A DNA stretch of 64,000 bases, from the NCBI GenBank assembly GCA_964648215.1, contig CAZYMF010000004.1:7827-71826 (forward strand). The letters are read 5' to 3'. This DNA comes from an uncultured Candidatus Binatia bacterium (GTDB lineage Bacteria > Desulfobacterota > Binatia > HRBIN30 > JACQVA1). The stretch's first letter is position 1; the number at the start of each line of letters is the position of its first letter. Under the pieces are notes generated by a model. It was not told the DNA's origin, ran no database searches, and worked only from the letters and a program-made list of their open reading frames with translations. Below are positions 24,205-32,525 of the stretch, piece after piece. The position numbers were made by a program, and so were the translations under genes.

Positions 24205-25338
24205 ATGAGGATCTGCTTCGACGCCCGCTGCGTGCAGCAACATTTCCCCGGGATCGGCCGCTACGCGATCGGCCTGGTGCGAGCGATGCAGCCGCTGCTC
24301 GGCGAGGATGACGAGCTGGTCTTGCTGCGCGATCCGCGAGCGGCATCGCATTGGGATCTTGCGGCATGGCGCGGCGATCGGGTGACGATCTGGGACGTGC
24401 CGCTGTCGCCGTTCTCGCTGCGCCAGCAGTGGCAGCTGCCGCACCTGCTGCGCCGGCGCCACGTCGAGCTCTACCACAGCCCGTACTACCTGATGCCGTA
24501 TCGGCCGGGAGTCGCCGGCGTCGTGAGCATTCACGATCTCATCCCCTTGCACTACCCGCGGCTGTTCTCCCCGGCGCAGCGGCTGATCTTCGCCCTGACG
24601 GTTCGCCTGGCCGTGCGCGCGGCGACCACGGTGATCGCGCCGTCGGCGACGACGGCCGGCGACTTGCGGCAGAGGCTGGGGGTGCCGGCCGAGCGTCTGG
24701 TGACCATCCCCCTCGGTGTCGACGAGACCTTCCGTCCGCAGAGCGCGCAGGAGGTTGCGGCCGCGCGCGAGCCGCTCGGCCTGCCGCAGGGCTACGCTCT
24801 CTACGTCGGCTCGAACAAGCCGCACAAGAATCTGGTGCGGCTGGTCGAGGCGTGGGCGAAGCTGCGGGATCGCGTGCCGGTGCTGGTCGTCGCCGGTCCC
24901 TGGGATGCGCGCTTCCCCGAGGCCCGGGAGAGCGCGGCAGCGTTGAAGCTGGAGGAGAGCGTGCGCTTCCTCGGCGCCGTGGCCGAAAGCCGGCTCCCCG
25001 CGTTGTACGGCGGCGCCTCGCTGTTCGTCTTCCCGTCGTGCTACGAGGGCTTCGGCCTGCCGGTCCTCGAGGCCATGGCCTGCGGTGTCCCGGTTGCCTG
25101 CTCCAATGGCGGCAGCCTGCCGGAGGTCGTCGGCCCGGCGGCGGAGCTCTTCGATCCGTCGGCAGTCGACGCCATTGCCGCTGCGGTCGAACGTCTCCTG
25201 GACGATCCTGACCGCCGGCGGGAGCTGTCCCGGCGCGGTCTGGAGCGGGCGGCCCGGTTTCGTTGGCAGGGGACCGCGGCGGCCGTGGTGCAGGTGTATC
25301 GCCGCGTGTTGCGCCGCGGCGACGAGGTCTCAGGATAG
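24205..25338 (+). CDS. GT4 glycosyltransferase (mannosyltransferase-like)
   Basis: MRICFDARCVQQHFPGIGRY ... YVGSNKPHKNL ... FVFPSCYEGFGLPVLEAMACGVPVACSNGGSLPEVVG. Confidence 0.85.
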   Translation: MRICFDARCVQQHFPGIGRYAIGLVRAMQPLLGEDDELVLLRDPRAASHWDLAAWRGDRVTIWDVPLSPFSLRQQWQLPHLLRRRHVELYHSPYYLMPYRPGVAGVVSIHDLIPLHYPRLFSPAQRLIFALTVRLAVRAATTVIAPSATTAGDLRQRLGVPAERLVTIPLGVDETFRPQSAQEVAAAREPLGLPQGYALYVGSNKPHKNLVRLVEAWAKLRDRVPVLVVAGPWDARFPEARESAAALKLEESVRFLGAVAESRLPALYGGASLFVFPSCYEGFGLPVLEAMACGVPVACSNGGSLPEVVGPAAELFDPSAVDAIAAAVERLLDDPDRRRELSRRGLERAARFRWQGTAAAVVQVYRRVLRRGDEVSG

Positions 25339-26370
25339 GCCCTTGGTGCCGGCGGCCGCCGCGAGCGCTCCGAGCGCGCAGAAGAGCAGTGCCAGCAGCA
25401 GCGGCGCCTCTTGGGAGCCGACCGTGGGCAGCAGCAGCGCGGCCAGGCCGCAGGCTGCCGCCGCCGACCACAGGGTGACCACGGCGGTGGCCGGATGCAT
25501 GCCGCGCCGGACCAGCCGGTGACTGATGTGCCGGCGGTCGCCGACCCAGGGGGGGTGGCCCAGGCGCAGTCGCAGGACGGTGACCAGAACGAGATCGAGA
25601 ACGGGCACGGCGAGCACGAACAGGGGAGTGAACACGGCCAGGACCGGAATGTGCGCGCCGCGCGTGTAGACGCCCATCACCGACAGGGCGGCGAGCAGGA
25701 AGCCGATCAACATCGAGCCGGTATCGCCGAGAAAGATCCGCGCCCGCGGCCAGTTGTAGGGCAGGAAGCCGAGGCAGGCGCCGCCGAGCGCCGCCGCCAC
25801 CACGGCCACGGTCAGCTCTCCCGAGCGCAGGTTGATGACCGCCAGCGATACTGCGGCGACGGCCCCGAGACCGGCGCAGAGGCCGTTCATGTTGTCGAGG
25901 AAGTTCAGCGCGTTGGTGATTCCCACCACCCAGAGAATGGTGAGCAGTATGATCGGCAGGGGCGGCCAGGGCAGGAACAGGCTGAGGTGGACGCCGAGCA
26001 GGGCCAGGCAGAGTCCCGCCAGACTGGTGGCGACGACTTGGAACCCGAACTTGTGCCGCGGCACCAGCCCGCGGATGTCGTCGAGCAGGCCGGCGCCGAC
26101 GATGACCAGCGCCCCGAGGGCCAGCGCGGCCAAGCCCGCCATGCCCGCTCGGCTGCCGCCCGGCAGAAACGGCACCACCCCGGCGACGATGCCGGCAAGG
26201 ACGCCCAGGCCGCCGAGCAGAGGAGTCGCCGCGGCGTGCGCCTTGTACCCGGCAGGCTGGTCGAGGACGCCGAGGCGGCGTGCCACCCAGGCCATCAACC
26301 CGGTGGCGAGCAAAGAGGCGACAGCGGCGGCCAGCCCCGCCCCGAGCAGATCGACGTGATGGAGCTCCAT
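25330..26370 (-). CDS. Second PNPT-family polyprenyl-phosphate phospho-sugar transferase, atypical motif
   Basis: 346 aa and polytopic. LLDDIRGL acidic motif; NALNFLDNMNGLCAGLG in place of the bacterial N-x-x-N-x-x-DG-x-DGL; FLGDTGSMLIGF; HISHRLV. Confidence 0.8.
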   Translation of the reverse strand: MELHHVDLLGAGLAAAVASLLATGLMAWVARRLGVLDQPAGYKAHAAATPLLGGLGVLAGIVAGVVPFLPGGSRAGMAGLAALALGALVIVGAGLLDDIRGLVPRHKFGFQVVATSLAGLCLALLGVHLSLFLPWPPLPIILLTILWVVGITNALNFLDNMNGLCAGLGAVAAVSLAVINLRSGELTVAVVAAALGGACLGFLPYNWPRARIFLGDTGSMLIGFLLAALSVMGVYTRGAHIPVLAVFTPLFVLAVPVLDLVLVTVLRLRLGHPPWVGDRRHISHRLVRRGMHPATAVVTLWSAAAACGLAALLLPTVGSQEAPLLLALLFCALGALAAAAGTKGLS

Positions 26371-26522
26371 CGTGGCCGTCTCTTATAGGCCGATGGAGTC
26401 GGCGAAGGTAGAGGCGGCCGCGGTCGGTCGAACGACTCCCGCGTCCCTGGCGATGAGCGCCGCACCCTCCGTCCCGCGGGGTTGACGCCCGCCGCGACAA
26501 CTGACAGGACGACCCTCGGGTC

Positions 26523-29500
26523 ATGCAGTCCAAGCTGAGCGGCGTGGCGGCGAGCTGGGTGGAGAGCGCCTGGCTGGCCGCCGTGGTGGCGGTCCCGGTC
26601 TTCTTCAACTTTCACTCCGAGCGCATCTTCGAGCCCGACAAAGTGCTGCTGCTGCGGTCGATCGCGACCGCGCTCGCCGCTGGCCTCGCCGTGTGGGCGA
26701 TCGAGAGCGGACCGCGGACCCTGCGGCTCGAATCGCGGCTCCTCTGGCGCACACCCCTGGGGACGGCGGCGCTCGTGCTCACCGCCGCCTACCTGGCGGC
26801 CACGGCCTTCAGCATCGTTCCCGCGGTGTCGTGGTGGGGCGGCTACGACCGCTGTCAGGGAGCCTACACCTGGCTCGCCTACATGGCGGTGTTCGCCGGC
26901 ATCGCTCTGCTGGTCCGTCGGCGCGAGCAGGTCGAGCGAGTCGTCACGGCCGCTTTGCTGGCCAGCTTCCCGGTGGCGGCCTACGCCGCGATCCAGCACT
27001 TCGACCATGACCCGATTGCCTGGGGGTTCGGTGTCAGCGATCGGGTGACCAGCACGGCCGGCAACGCCATCTTCCTCAGCGCCTATCTGATCATGGTGCT
27101 GCCGCTCACCCTGGCGCGCTTGCTCGCCCGGATCGAGCGAGCCGCCGCCCGCGGCTCGCGGTCGGGAGCTGCCCCGGGGCGATTCGCCGCTGTACTGCTG
27201 GCCGTTGCCTACCTGCTGCTGGCGGTGCTGCAGATATTGGCGATCGTGTACTCGGAGAGCCGCGGGCCTTTTGCCGGGCTGCTGGTGGGAGTGGTGTTCT
27301 TCGGCTTCGTCTTCGCTCTGTACCGCCGCTGGCGCTGGCTGGTCCGGGCGGTCGCGCTGGCGGCGGCTGCGGGACTGCTGGCGCTCTTGCTCTTGAACGC
27401 TCGCGGCCCGGGCGCCGACGACCGAGCTCCGGCCAGCGGTATCGGCCGCCTCAGCCAGGTCTTCGCCCTGGAGCAGGGCTCGGGCAAGGTTCGGGTTTTG
27501 ATCTGGCAGGGGGTGTCCAATCTACTGCGCGCGGATCCGCTGCGTGACCTGATCGGCTACGGCCCGGAGACCCTCTTCTTCGCCTACAATCGCTTCTACC
27601 CCCCCGACCTCGCCCACTTCGAGAGCCGCACGGTGTCCGCCGACCGCGCGCACAACGAGCTCTTCGATGCCGTCGTGACCACCGGCGTGTTCGGGCTGCT
27701 GGCGGAGCTCGCCGTTTTCCTCTCCCTGGTGGTGCTGGTGCTGTGGCAGCTCGGCCTGCTGGAGACGGCTCGGCGGCGGCGGGCCTGCGCCGCCGTCGCG
27801 GCCGCCGGCGCGCTGTCGGGAGCTGCCGTCGCCGGTGGCCTGGGAGGCTTGCGCTTCTGCGCAATCGGCTTGGCGGCGGGTCTGGTCGCTGGTGTGCTCG
27901 TCTATCTCGTCAGCCTGGGGCTCGGCCGGATGCCGGAGCGGAGCGAGGGCGGGCATCCCCAGGGTCTGCTGCTCATCGCGCTCCTTGCCGCGGCCGTGGC
28001 GCACTTCGTCGAGCTGCAGGTGGGCATCGCGGTGGCCGCGACGCGACTCTACTTCTGGGTCTATGCCGGCCTGGCAGTCGTCCTCGCGCGCACGGCGAGC
28101 GAAAGTTGCGCCCGAGAGCCTGGGCCGCCGCTCCCGCAACGGCCGTCCAGTGGCGGCGTGCTCGTTCTCGGCTCGCTCGTCGGTCTCCTGCTGGTGGTGC
28201 TGACCTTCGACTTCTACAAGCCGACCGCCGTGTTGAGCACGCAGGGGTACGTCCTGGTGTGGCTGTTCGCGGGCGCGTGGCTCTTCGCCGCGATCGTGGT
28301 GATCGCCGAGTCCGCGGCCGACGGCGAAGAGTTGGGGGCCCGGGCTCTCGGCTACGCCGGCATCAGTCTCGGCGCGTGGCTGCTGTTCCTGGCCGTGTAT
28401 CGCGCTTGGATGACGTGGAGGCCGGCGGACGCCGGCCCCGAAGAGATTCAACAGCTCGCCGTGCATCTCACCCACGGGACCTCGGTGCTCTACGGCTTCG
28501 TCGTCTTCGTCGTGGCGCTCACCGCCGCGGCGCTTGCCGGCCGGCGCGGCTTGCCGGCCGCAACCCTGGTGCGGCCGCCCGGCTGGCAGGTGATCCTCTA
28601 TCCGGCCCTGTTTCTCGCGGCGGCGTTCGTCGCCGTGCGCACCAATCTCGACGCCGCCCGCGCCGACGTCTTCAGCCGGCAGGCCGGCTACTACGAATCA
28701 CAGAACCACTGGTCGACGGCGCTGCCCTTGCGCCAGGAGACGACGCGTCTGGTGCCGTACCTCGACTACTACATGCTCGACGTTGCCCGCACCTTCATGG
28801 AGCTGGGCCGGCGCGCGGGAGAGCCGCGGCGGCGTGATGACGACATGGAGCAGTCGGAAGCCTGGATGCAGCGCGCCTGGCGGGCGGTGCCGTTGAACAT
28901 GGACAACCCGCGCGCTCTGGGCCGCCTGCACCGCACCTGGGCGCAGCTGGTCGCCGATCCCGCCGCGCGCGCGCGTCATTTCGATCAGGCGGAGAGCTAC
29001 TATCGGCGAGCTCTCGAGATCAGCCCGAACAATGCATCTCTGTGGGACGAGCTCGCGTTGCTCTTTGTCCAGCGACACGATCACGAGAAGGCGCTGGCGA
29101 CGCTGAAGCAATCCCTGGTGATCGACAACCTCTACCCCAGGACCTACTTCATCCGGGGCAACATCTATGCCGGTCTCGGTCGCTTCGACGAGGCGCTGGC
29201 CGACTACGATCGCGGGCTGGCCGTCCATCCCGGCCTGGTTCCGCTGCTGAGCGCGAAGGCGTTCGTGCTCAACCGCGTCGGCCGTCTCGACGCGGCGATC
29301 GACCTGAATCGGCGGATCTTGAAGAGCAACCCCAAGGACCTGATCGCGCACCGCAACCTCGCCGTGTTCTACCGCCAGAAGGGCGATCCCGAGCGGGCTC
29401 TGAGCGAGGCGCGGGCCGCCCTGGCGGTCGCTCCCCCGTGGGCCAAGCCGCCGCTGCGGACGTTCATCGAGGAGCTGGGACAGGAGAAGGGACCGTTGAC

Positions 29501-29528
29501 CAAGCTGCCGCCGCCGCTGCTGCGCTAG
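26523..29528 (+). CDS. Wzy_C-domain (O-antigen ligase / O-oligosaccharyltransferase family) membrane protein fused to C-terminal TPR repeats
   Basis: 1001 aa. About 12 or more TM segments with a periplasmic loop containing SADRAHNELFDAVVTTGVFGLLAE (Wzy_C-like RxxHN motif). The C-terminal ~280 aa hold TPR-like repeats (YYRRALEISPNNASLWDELALLF, GNIYAGLGRFDEALADYDRGLAVHP, YRQKGDPERALSEARAAL). Confidence 0.8.
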   Translation: MQSKLSGVAASWVESAWLAAVVAVPVFFNFHSERIFEPDKVLLLRSIATALAAGLAVWAIESGPRTLRLESRLLWRTPLGTAALVLTAAYLAATAFSIVPAVSWWGGYDRCQGAYTWLAYMAVFAGIALLVRRREQVERVVTAALLASFPVAAYAAIQHFDHDPIAWGFGVSDRVTSTAGNAIFLSAYLIMVLPLTLARLLARIERAAARGSRSGAAPGRFAAVLLAVAYLLLAVLQILAIVYSESRGPFAGLLVGVVFFGFVFALYRRWRWLVRAVALAAAAGLLALLLLNARGPGADDRAPASGIGRLSQVFALEQGSGKVRVLIWQGVSNLLRADPLRDLIGYGPETLFFAYNRFYPPDLAHFESRTVSADRAHNELFDAVVTTGVFGLLAELAVFLSLVVLVLWQLGLLETARRRRACAAVAAAGALSGAAVAGGLGGLRFCAIGLAAGLVAGVLVYLVSLGLGRMPERSEGGHPQGLLLIALLAAAVAHFVELQVGIAVAATRLYFWVYAGLAVVLARTASESCAREPGPPLPQRPSSGGVLVLGSLVGLLLVVLTFDFYKPTAVLSTQGYVLVWLFAGAWLFAAIVVIAESAADGEELGARALGYAGISLGAWLLFLAVYRAWMTWRPADAGPEEIQQLAVHLTHGTSVLYGFVVFVVALTAAALAGRRGLPAATLVRPPGWQVILYPALFLAAAFVAVRTNLDAARADVFSRQAGYYESQNHWSTALPLRQETTRLVPYLDYYMLDVARTFMELGRRAGEPRRRDDDMEQSEAWMQRAWRAVPLNMDNPRALGRLHRTWAQLVADPAARARHFDQAESYYRRALEISPNNASLWDELALLFVQRHDHEKALATLKQSLVIDNLYPRTYFIRGNIYAGLGRFDEALADYDRGLAVHPGLVPLLSAKAFVLNRVGRLDAAIDLNRRILKSNPKDLIAHRNLAVFYRQKGDPERALSEARAALAVAPPWAKPPLRTFIEELGQEKGPLTKLPPPLLR

Positions 29529-29741
29529 CGATCCTGGCCGAGGGGCTCGAAATGCGGAACTTCCCCTTTCGGGTTGCAACGAGTCGCCGGGGAGAGCGGC
29601 GCACGGGAGCGCCGGGCGAAGTCTCTCGCCGGGGCCATCCAGTCGGCGCAGGAACTCCAGGACCAGTCGCTGCACATATTGCGGGCCCGGCTCGTCGCCC
29701 GACAAAAGCGCTCGTCATCGCCCCGAGCCTCGCTCGGGTGT

Positions 29742-31187
29742 CTACGCGTGCAGCGCCGGACGCCGGCGGTTCCACGGCCGCGCCTGCTCGAGCTGCGCGG
29801 CCACGCGCAGCAGCACGTCCTCCCGGCCGTAGGCGGCCACCAGCTGCATGCCGATCGGTAGCCCCGCCTCGTTCCAGTGCAGCGGCAGCGACAGCGCCGG
29901 CTGCCCGGTGATGTTGAAGGGCGGGGTGAACGGGATCAGACCCATGCCGCGCGCCAGGCCGGCCAGCAAGTTGTCGCGCGGTGGCACCAGCTCCCCCAGC
30001 TTCGGCGGCGGCTCGCCCAGGGTCGGCGTGAGCAGGAGATCGAAGCCGCTCTGCCACCAGCTCGCCATTCTTCGCGTGTAGCCGTGGAGCTCGTCGATGG
30101 TGCGGATGTACTGCGCCGCCGAGACGCCGCGGCCCATCTCGGCGAAGAGCCAGGTGGCGGGCTCGACGCCGTCGGCGCTCACCGGCCGGCCGAGCTCTGC
30201 CCCCCAGGCATCCAGGCCCGCCGCCGTCCAGCTGGTGACCAGGGTCATGAAGTGCTGCGACGTCGCCTCCGTCTCCGCCAGCGCCGCGGGATGAGCGAGC
30301 TCGACGCGGTGGCCGAGCGACTCGAGCAGCTTGCCGGTCTCGCGCACGCCGGCGGCGCAGTCGGGATGCAGCGTGACGGCGCCGCCGGGGATCTCGTCGA
30401 CGAGGCCGATGCGCAGGCGGCCCGCAGCGGCGCCGATTTCGGCGGCGAACGGCCGTGCCGGCGGCGGCGCCGTGTAGGGGTCGCCCGGCATGGCGCCGGC
30501 CACGGCGTCGAGGATCGCGGCGCAGTCGCGCACCGAGCGGCTGACGACGTGCGAGATCACCAGCCCGTGCCAGTACTCGCCGTGCTCCGGACCCATGGAG
30601 ATACGCCCGCGCGACGGCTTGAGGCCCACCAGGCCACATTCACTGGCCGGAATGCGAATCGAGCCGCCGCCGTCGCTGGCGTGCGCCGCCGGTACCATGC
30701 CCGACGCCACCGCCGCGGCCGACCCGCCGCTGGAGCCGCCCGTCGAGTGCTCCGGGTTCCAGGGATTGCGGCTGGCGCCGTAGCTCTCGGGCTCGGTGGT
30801 GACGTTGAGGCCGAACTCCGGCGTGTTCGTCTTGCCGACGACGACGAAGCCCGCGGCGCGGAACTTTGCCACCAGATGAGAGTCGTGCGGCGCGGTCCAG
30901 CCGGCGTCGCGCAGGAACTTGGTGCCGGCGTAGAAGGGATCGCCGGCGGAGAACACGTCGAGGTCCTTGAGCAGAAACGGCACGCCACGAAATGGGCCGG
31001 CGGGCAGGTCCTTGGCGGCGCGCGCGCGGGCCTGCTCGAAGAGGGGAATGATCACCGCGTTGAGTGTCGGGTTGATGCGTTCGATGCGGGCGATGGCCGC
31101 GTCGACGAGCTCGGTGGGGCTCAACTCGCCGTTGCGGACGAGCTCGGCCTGGGCGGTGGCATCGAGGGTTGCCAGATCGTTGGTCAT
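29742..31187 (-). CDS. Amidase (amidase signature family)
   Basis: [47 protein letters not shown] prefer ATG 31187 (MTNDLATL). Confidence 0.9.
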   Translation of the reverse strand: MTNDLATLDATAQAELVRNGELSPTELVDAAIARIERINPTLNAVIIPLFEQARARAAKDLPAGPFRGVPFLLKDLDVFSAGDPFYAGTKFLRDAGWTAPHDSHLVAKFRAAGFVVVGKTNTPEFGLNVTTEPESYGASRNPWNPEHSTGGSSGGSAAAVASGMVPAAHASDGGGSIRIPASECGLVGLKPSRGRISMGPEHGEYWHGLVISHVVSRSVRDCAAILDAVAGAMPGDPYTAPPPARPFAAEIGAAAGRLRIGLVDEIPGGAVTLHPDCAAGVRETGKLLESLGHRVELAHPAALAETEATSQHFMTLVTSWTAAGLDAWGAELGRPVSADGVEPATWLFAEMGRGVSAAQYIRTIDELHGYTRRMASWWQSGFDLLLTPTLGEPPPKLGELVPPRDNLLAGLARGMGLIPFTPPFNITGQPALSLPLHWNEAGLPIGMQLVAAYGREDVLLRVAAQLEQARPWNRRRPALHA

Positions 31188-31197
31188 GGCCGGGAAG

Positions 31198-32493
31198 CTA
31201 CGACGCGATCGGGGTCGAAGTCCAGTCACCGGCGTCGGCAGCGGTCAGGGCGGGCACGTGGGTCTGCAGCGGCTCGGACTTGCCTTTCACCCGCATCGGC
31301 TCGGCGGGAGTGAAGGCGATGTCGCCGCCGATCCGGCGCCTGGTCTCCTCGGAGACCAGGATGGGAACGCCGTGCACCTTGGTGAGCTGTTCGATGCGCG
31401 CGGCGACGTTCACCGTGTCGCCGACCGCGGTGTAGTCGCGCCGCCGGGGCGCGCCGATGTCGCCCAGAGTCACCCGGCCGGTGTGGATGCCGATGCCCAT
31501 GCGCAGCGCGCTCTGCCCGCGCTGCCGACGCTCGTCGTTGAGTCGTCCGAGCTCTCGCTGCATGGCGAGGGCGCAGCGAACGGCGCGCTCGGCGTGATCC
31601 GGCTGGGTCACCGGGGCGCCGAAGTACGCCATGAGGCCGTCGCCCATGTACTTGTCGAGCGTGCCGCCGAACGAGAACAGCTGCTCGACCATGCGAGTGT
31701 GGAAGGCGTTGAGCGTGGCGACGATCTCGCGGCCGTCGAGCTTCTCGGCGAGCGCGGTGAAATCGCGCAGGTCGGCGAACAGCAGCGTGACCTCGCGCGT
31801 CTCGCCGTCGCCCAGCTCGGCGGAGTGCTGCTCGAGGTGCTCGGCGACCTGCGGCGAGAAGTAGCGGCCGAGGCGCTCGCGCCGTAGCTGCTCTCGCGCC
31901 ACCACCTCGACGAGGGTCACGATGCGGCCGCGCGCGTAGACGCACAGCAGCGTGGTCATCCCGAGAGTCAGGACGGTCTCGAGAATGACGAAGACCAGAT
32001 CGGGGCGCTCGGCATAGATGAGCCAGGCCTGCAGCCCGATCGCCACCGCCGCCGCCAGGTAGATCTGGACCACGTCGAGCGACAGCGAGGCGAGAAAGAT
32101 CAGCAGCGCGAAGTACACGACGCCCTGCAGCGGAACCGCGCTGGCGTCGGCGTGGGCGCCGACCTCGTGCAGCCGCTGGGTGGAAACCCACAGCAGCAGG
32201 GAGACCATCGGCATGTCGACCAGAGGAATCGCCAGCGCGTCGAGCTGCGCCGCGCGCGAGGTGCGCTGGCGCACCCACAGAACGACGCCGGCGGCGACGA
32301 CGTACAAAGCGAGGACGTTGTTCGGCGCGCCGATGAAGCCGGGGTGCAACGCGGAGTAGACGAGGGAGAGCAACAGCAGCCCGGAGGCGGCCAGGAAGCG
32401 AAGGACCGCGATCTGCCGGCTGTTCCACCGCCTCTCCTCGGCGAGCACCCGGGCGAACCCCTCAGTCCAATCGGGACGCGCGTTCTTCTCCAC
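31198..32493 (-). CDS. Membrane-anchored class III adenylate/guanylate cyclase
   Basis: This is the C-terminal 431 codons of the 1226-aa track ORF. About 6 TM segments, then VTLLFADLRDFTALAE, GDGLMAYFGAP, IGIHTGRVTLGDIG, DYTAVGDTVNVAARIE. The start is assigned to GTG 32493, just after the plsB stop; this is uncertain. Confidence 0.8.
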   Translation of the reverse strand: MEKNARPDWTEGFARVLAEERRWNSRQIAVLRFLAASGLLLLSLVYSALHPGFIGAPNNVLALYVVAAGVVLWVRQRTSRAAQLDALAIPLVDMPMVSLLLWVSTQRLHEVGAHADASAVPLQGVVYFALLIFLASLSLDVVQIYLAAAVAIGLQAWLIYAERPDLVFVILETVLTLGMTTLLCVYARGRIVTLVEVVAREQLRRERLGRYFSPQVAEHLEQHSAELGDGETREVTLLFADLRDFTALAEKLDGREIVATLNAFHTRMVEQLFSFGGTLDKYMGDGLMAYFGAPVTQPDHAERAVRCALAMQRELGRLNDERRQRGQSALRMGIGIHTGRVTLGDIGAPRRRDYTAVGDTVNVAARIEQLTKVHGVPILVSEETRRRIGGDIAFTPAEPMRVKGKSEPLQTHVPALTAADAGDWTSTPIAS

Positions 32494-32525
32494 GGTGGAT
32501 CTCTCGTGGTCGGCGCCCGTCGGGC

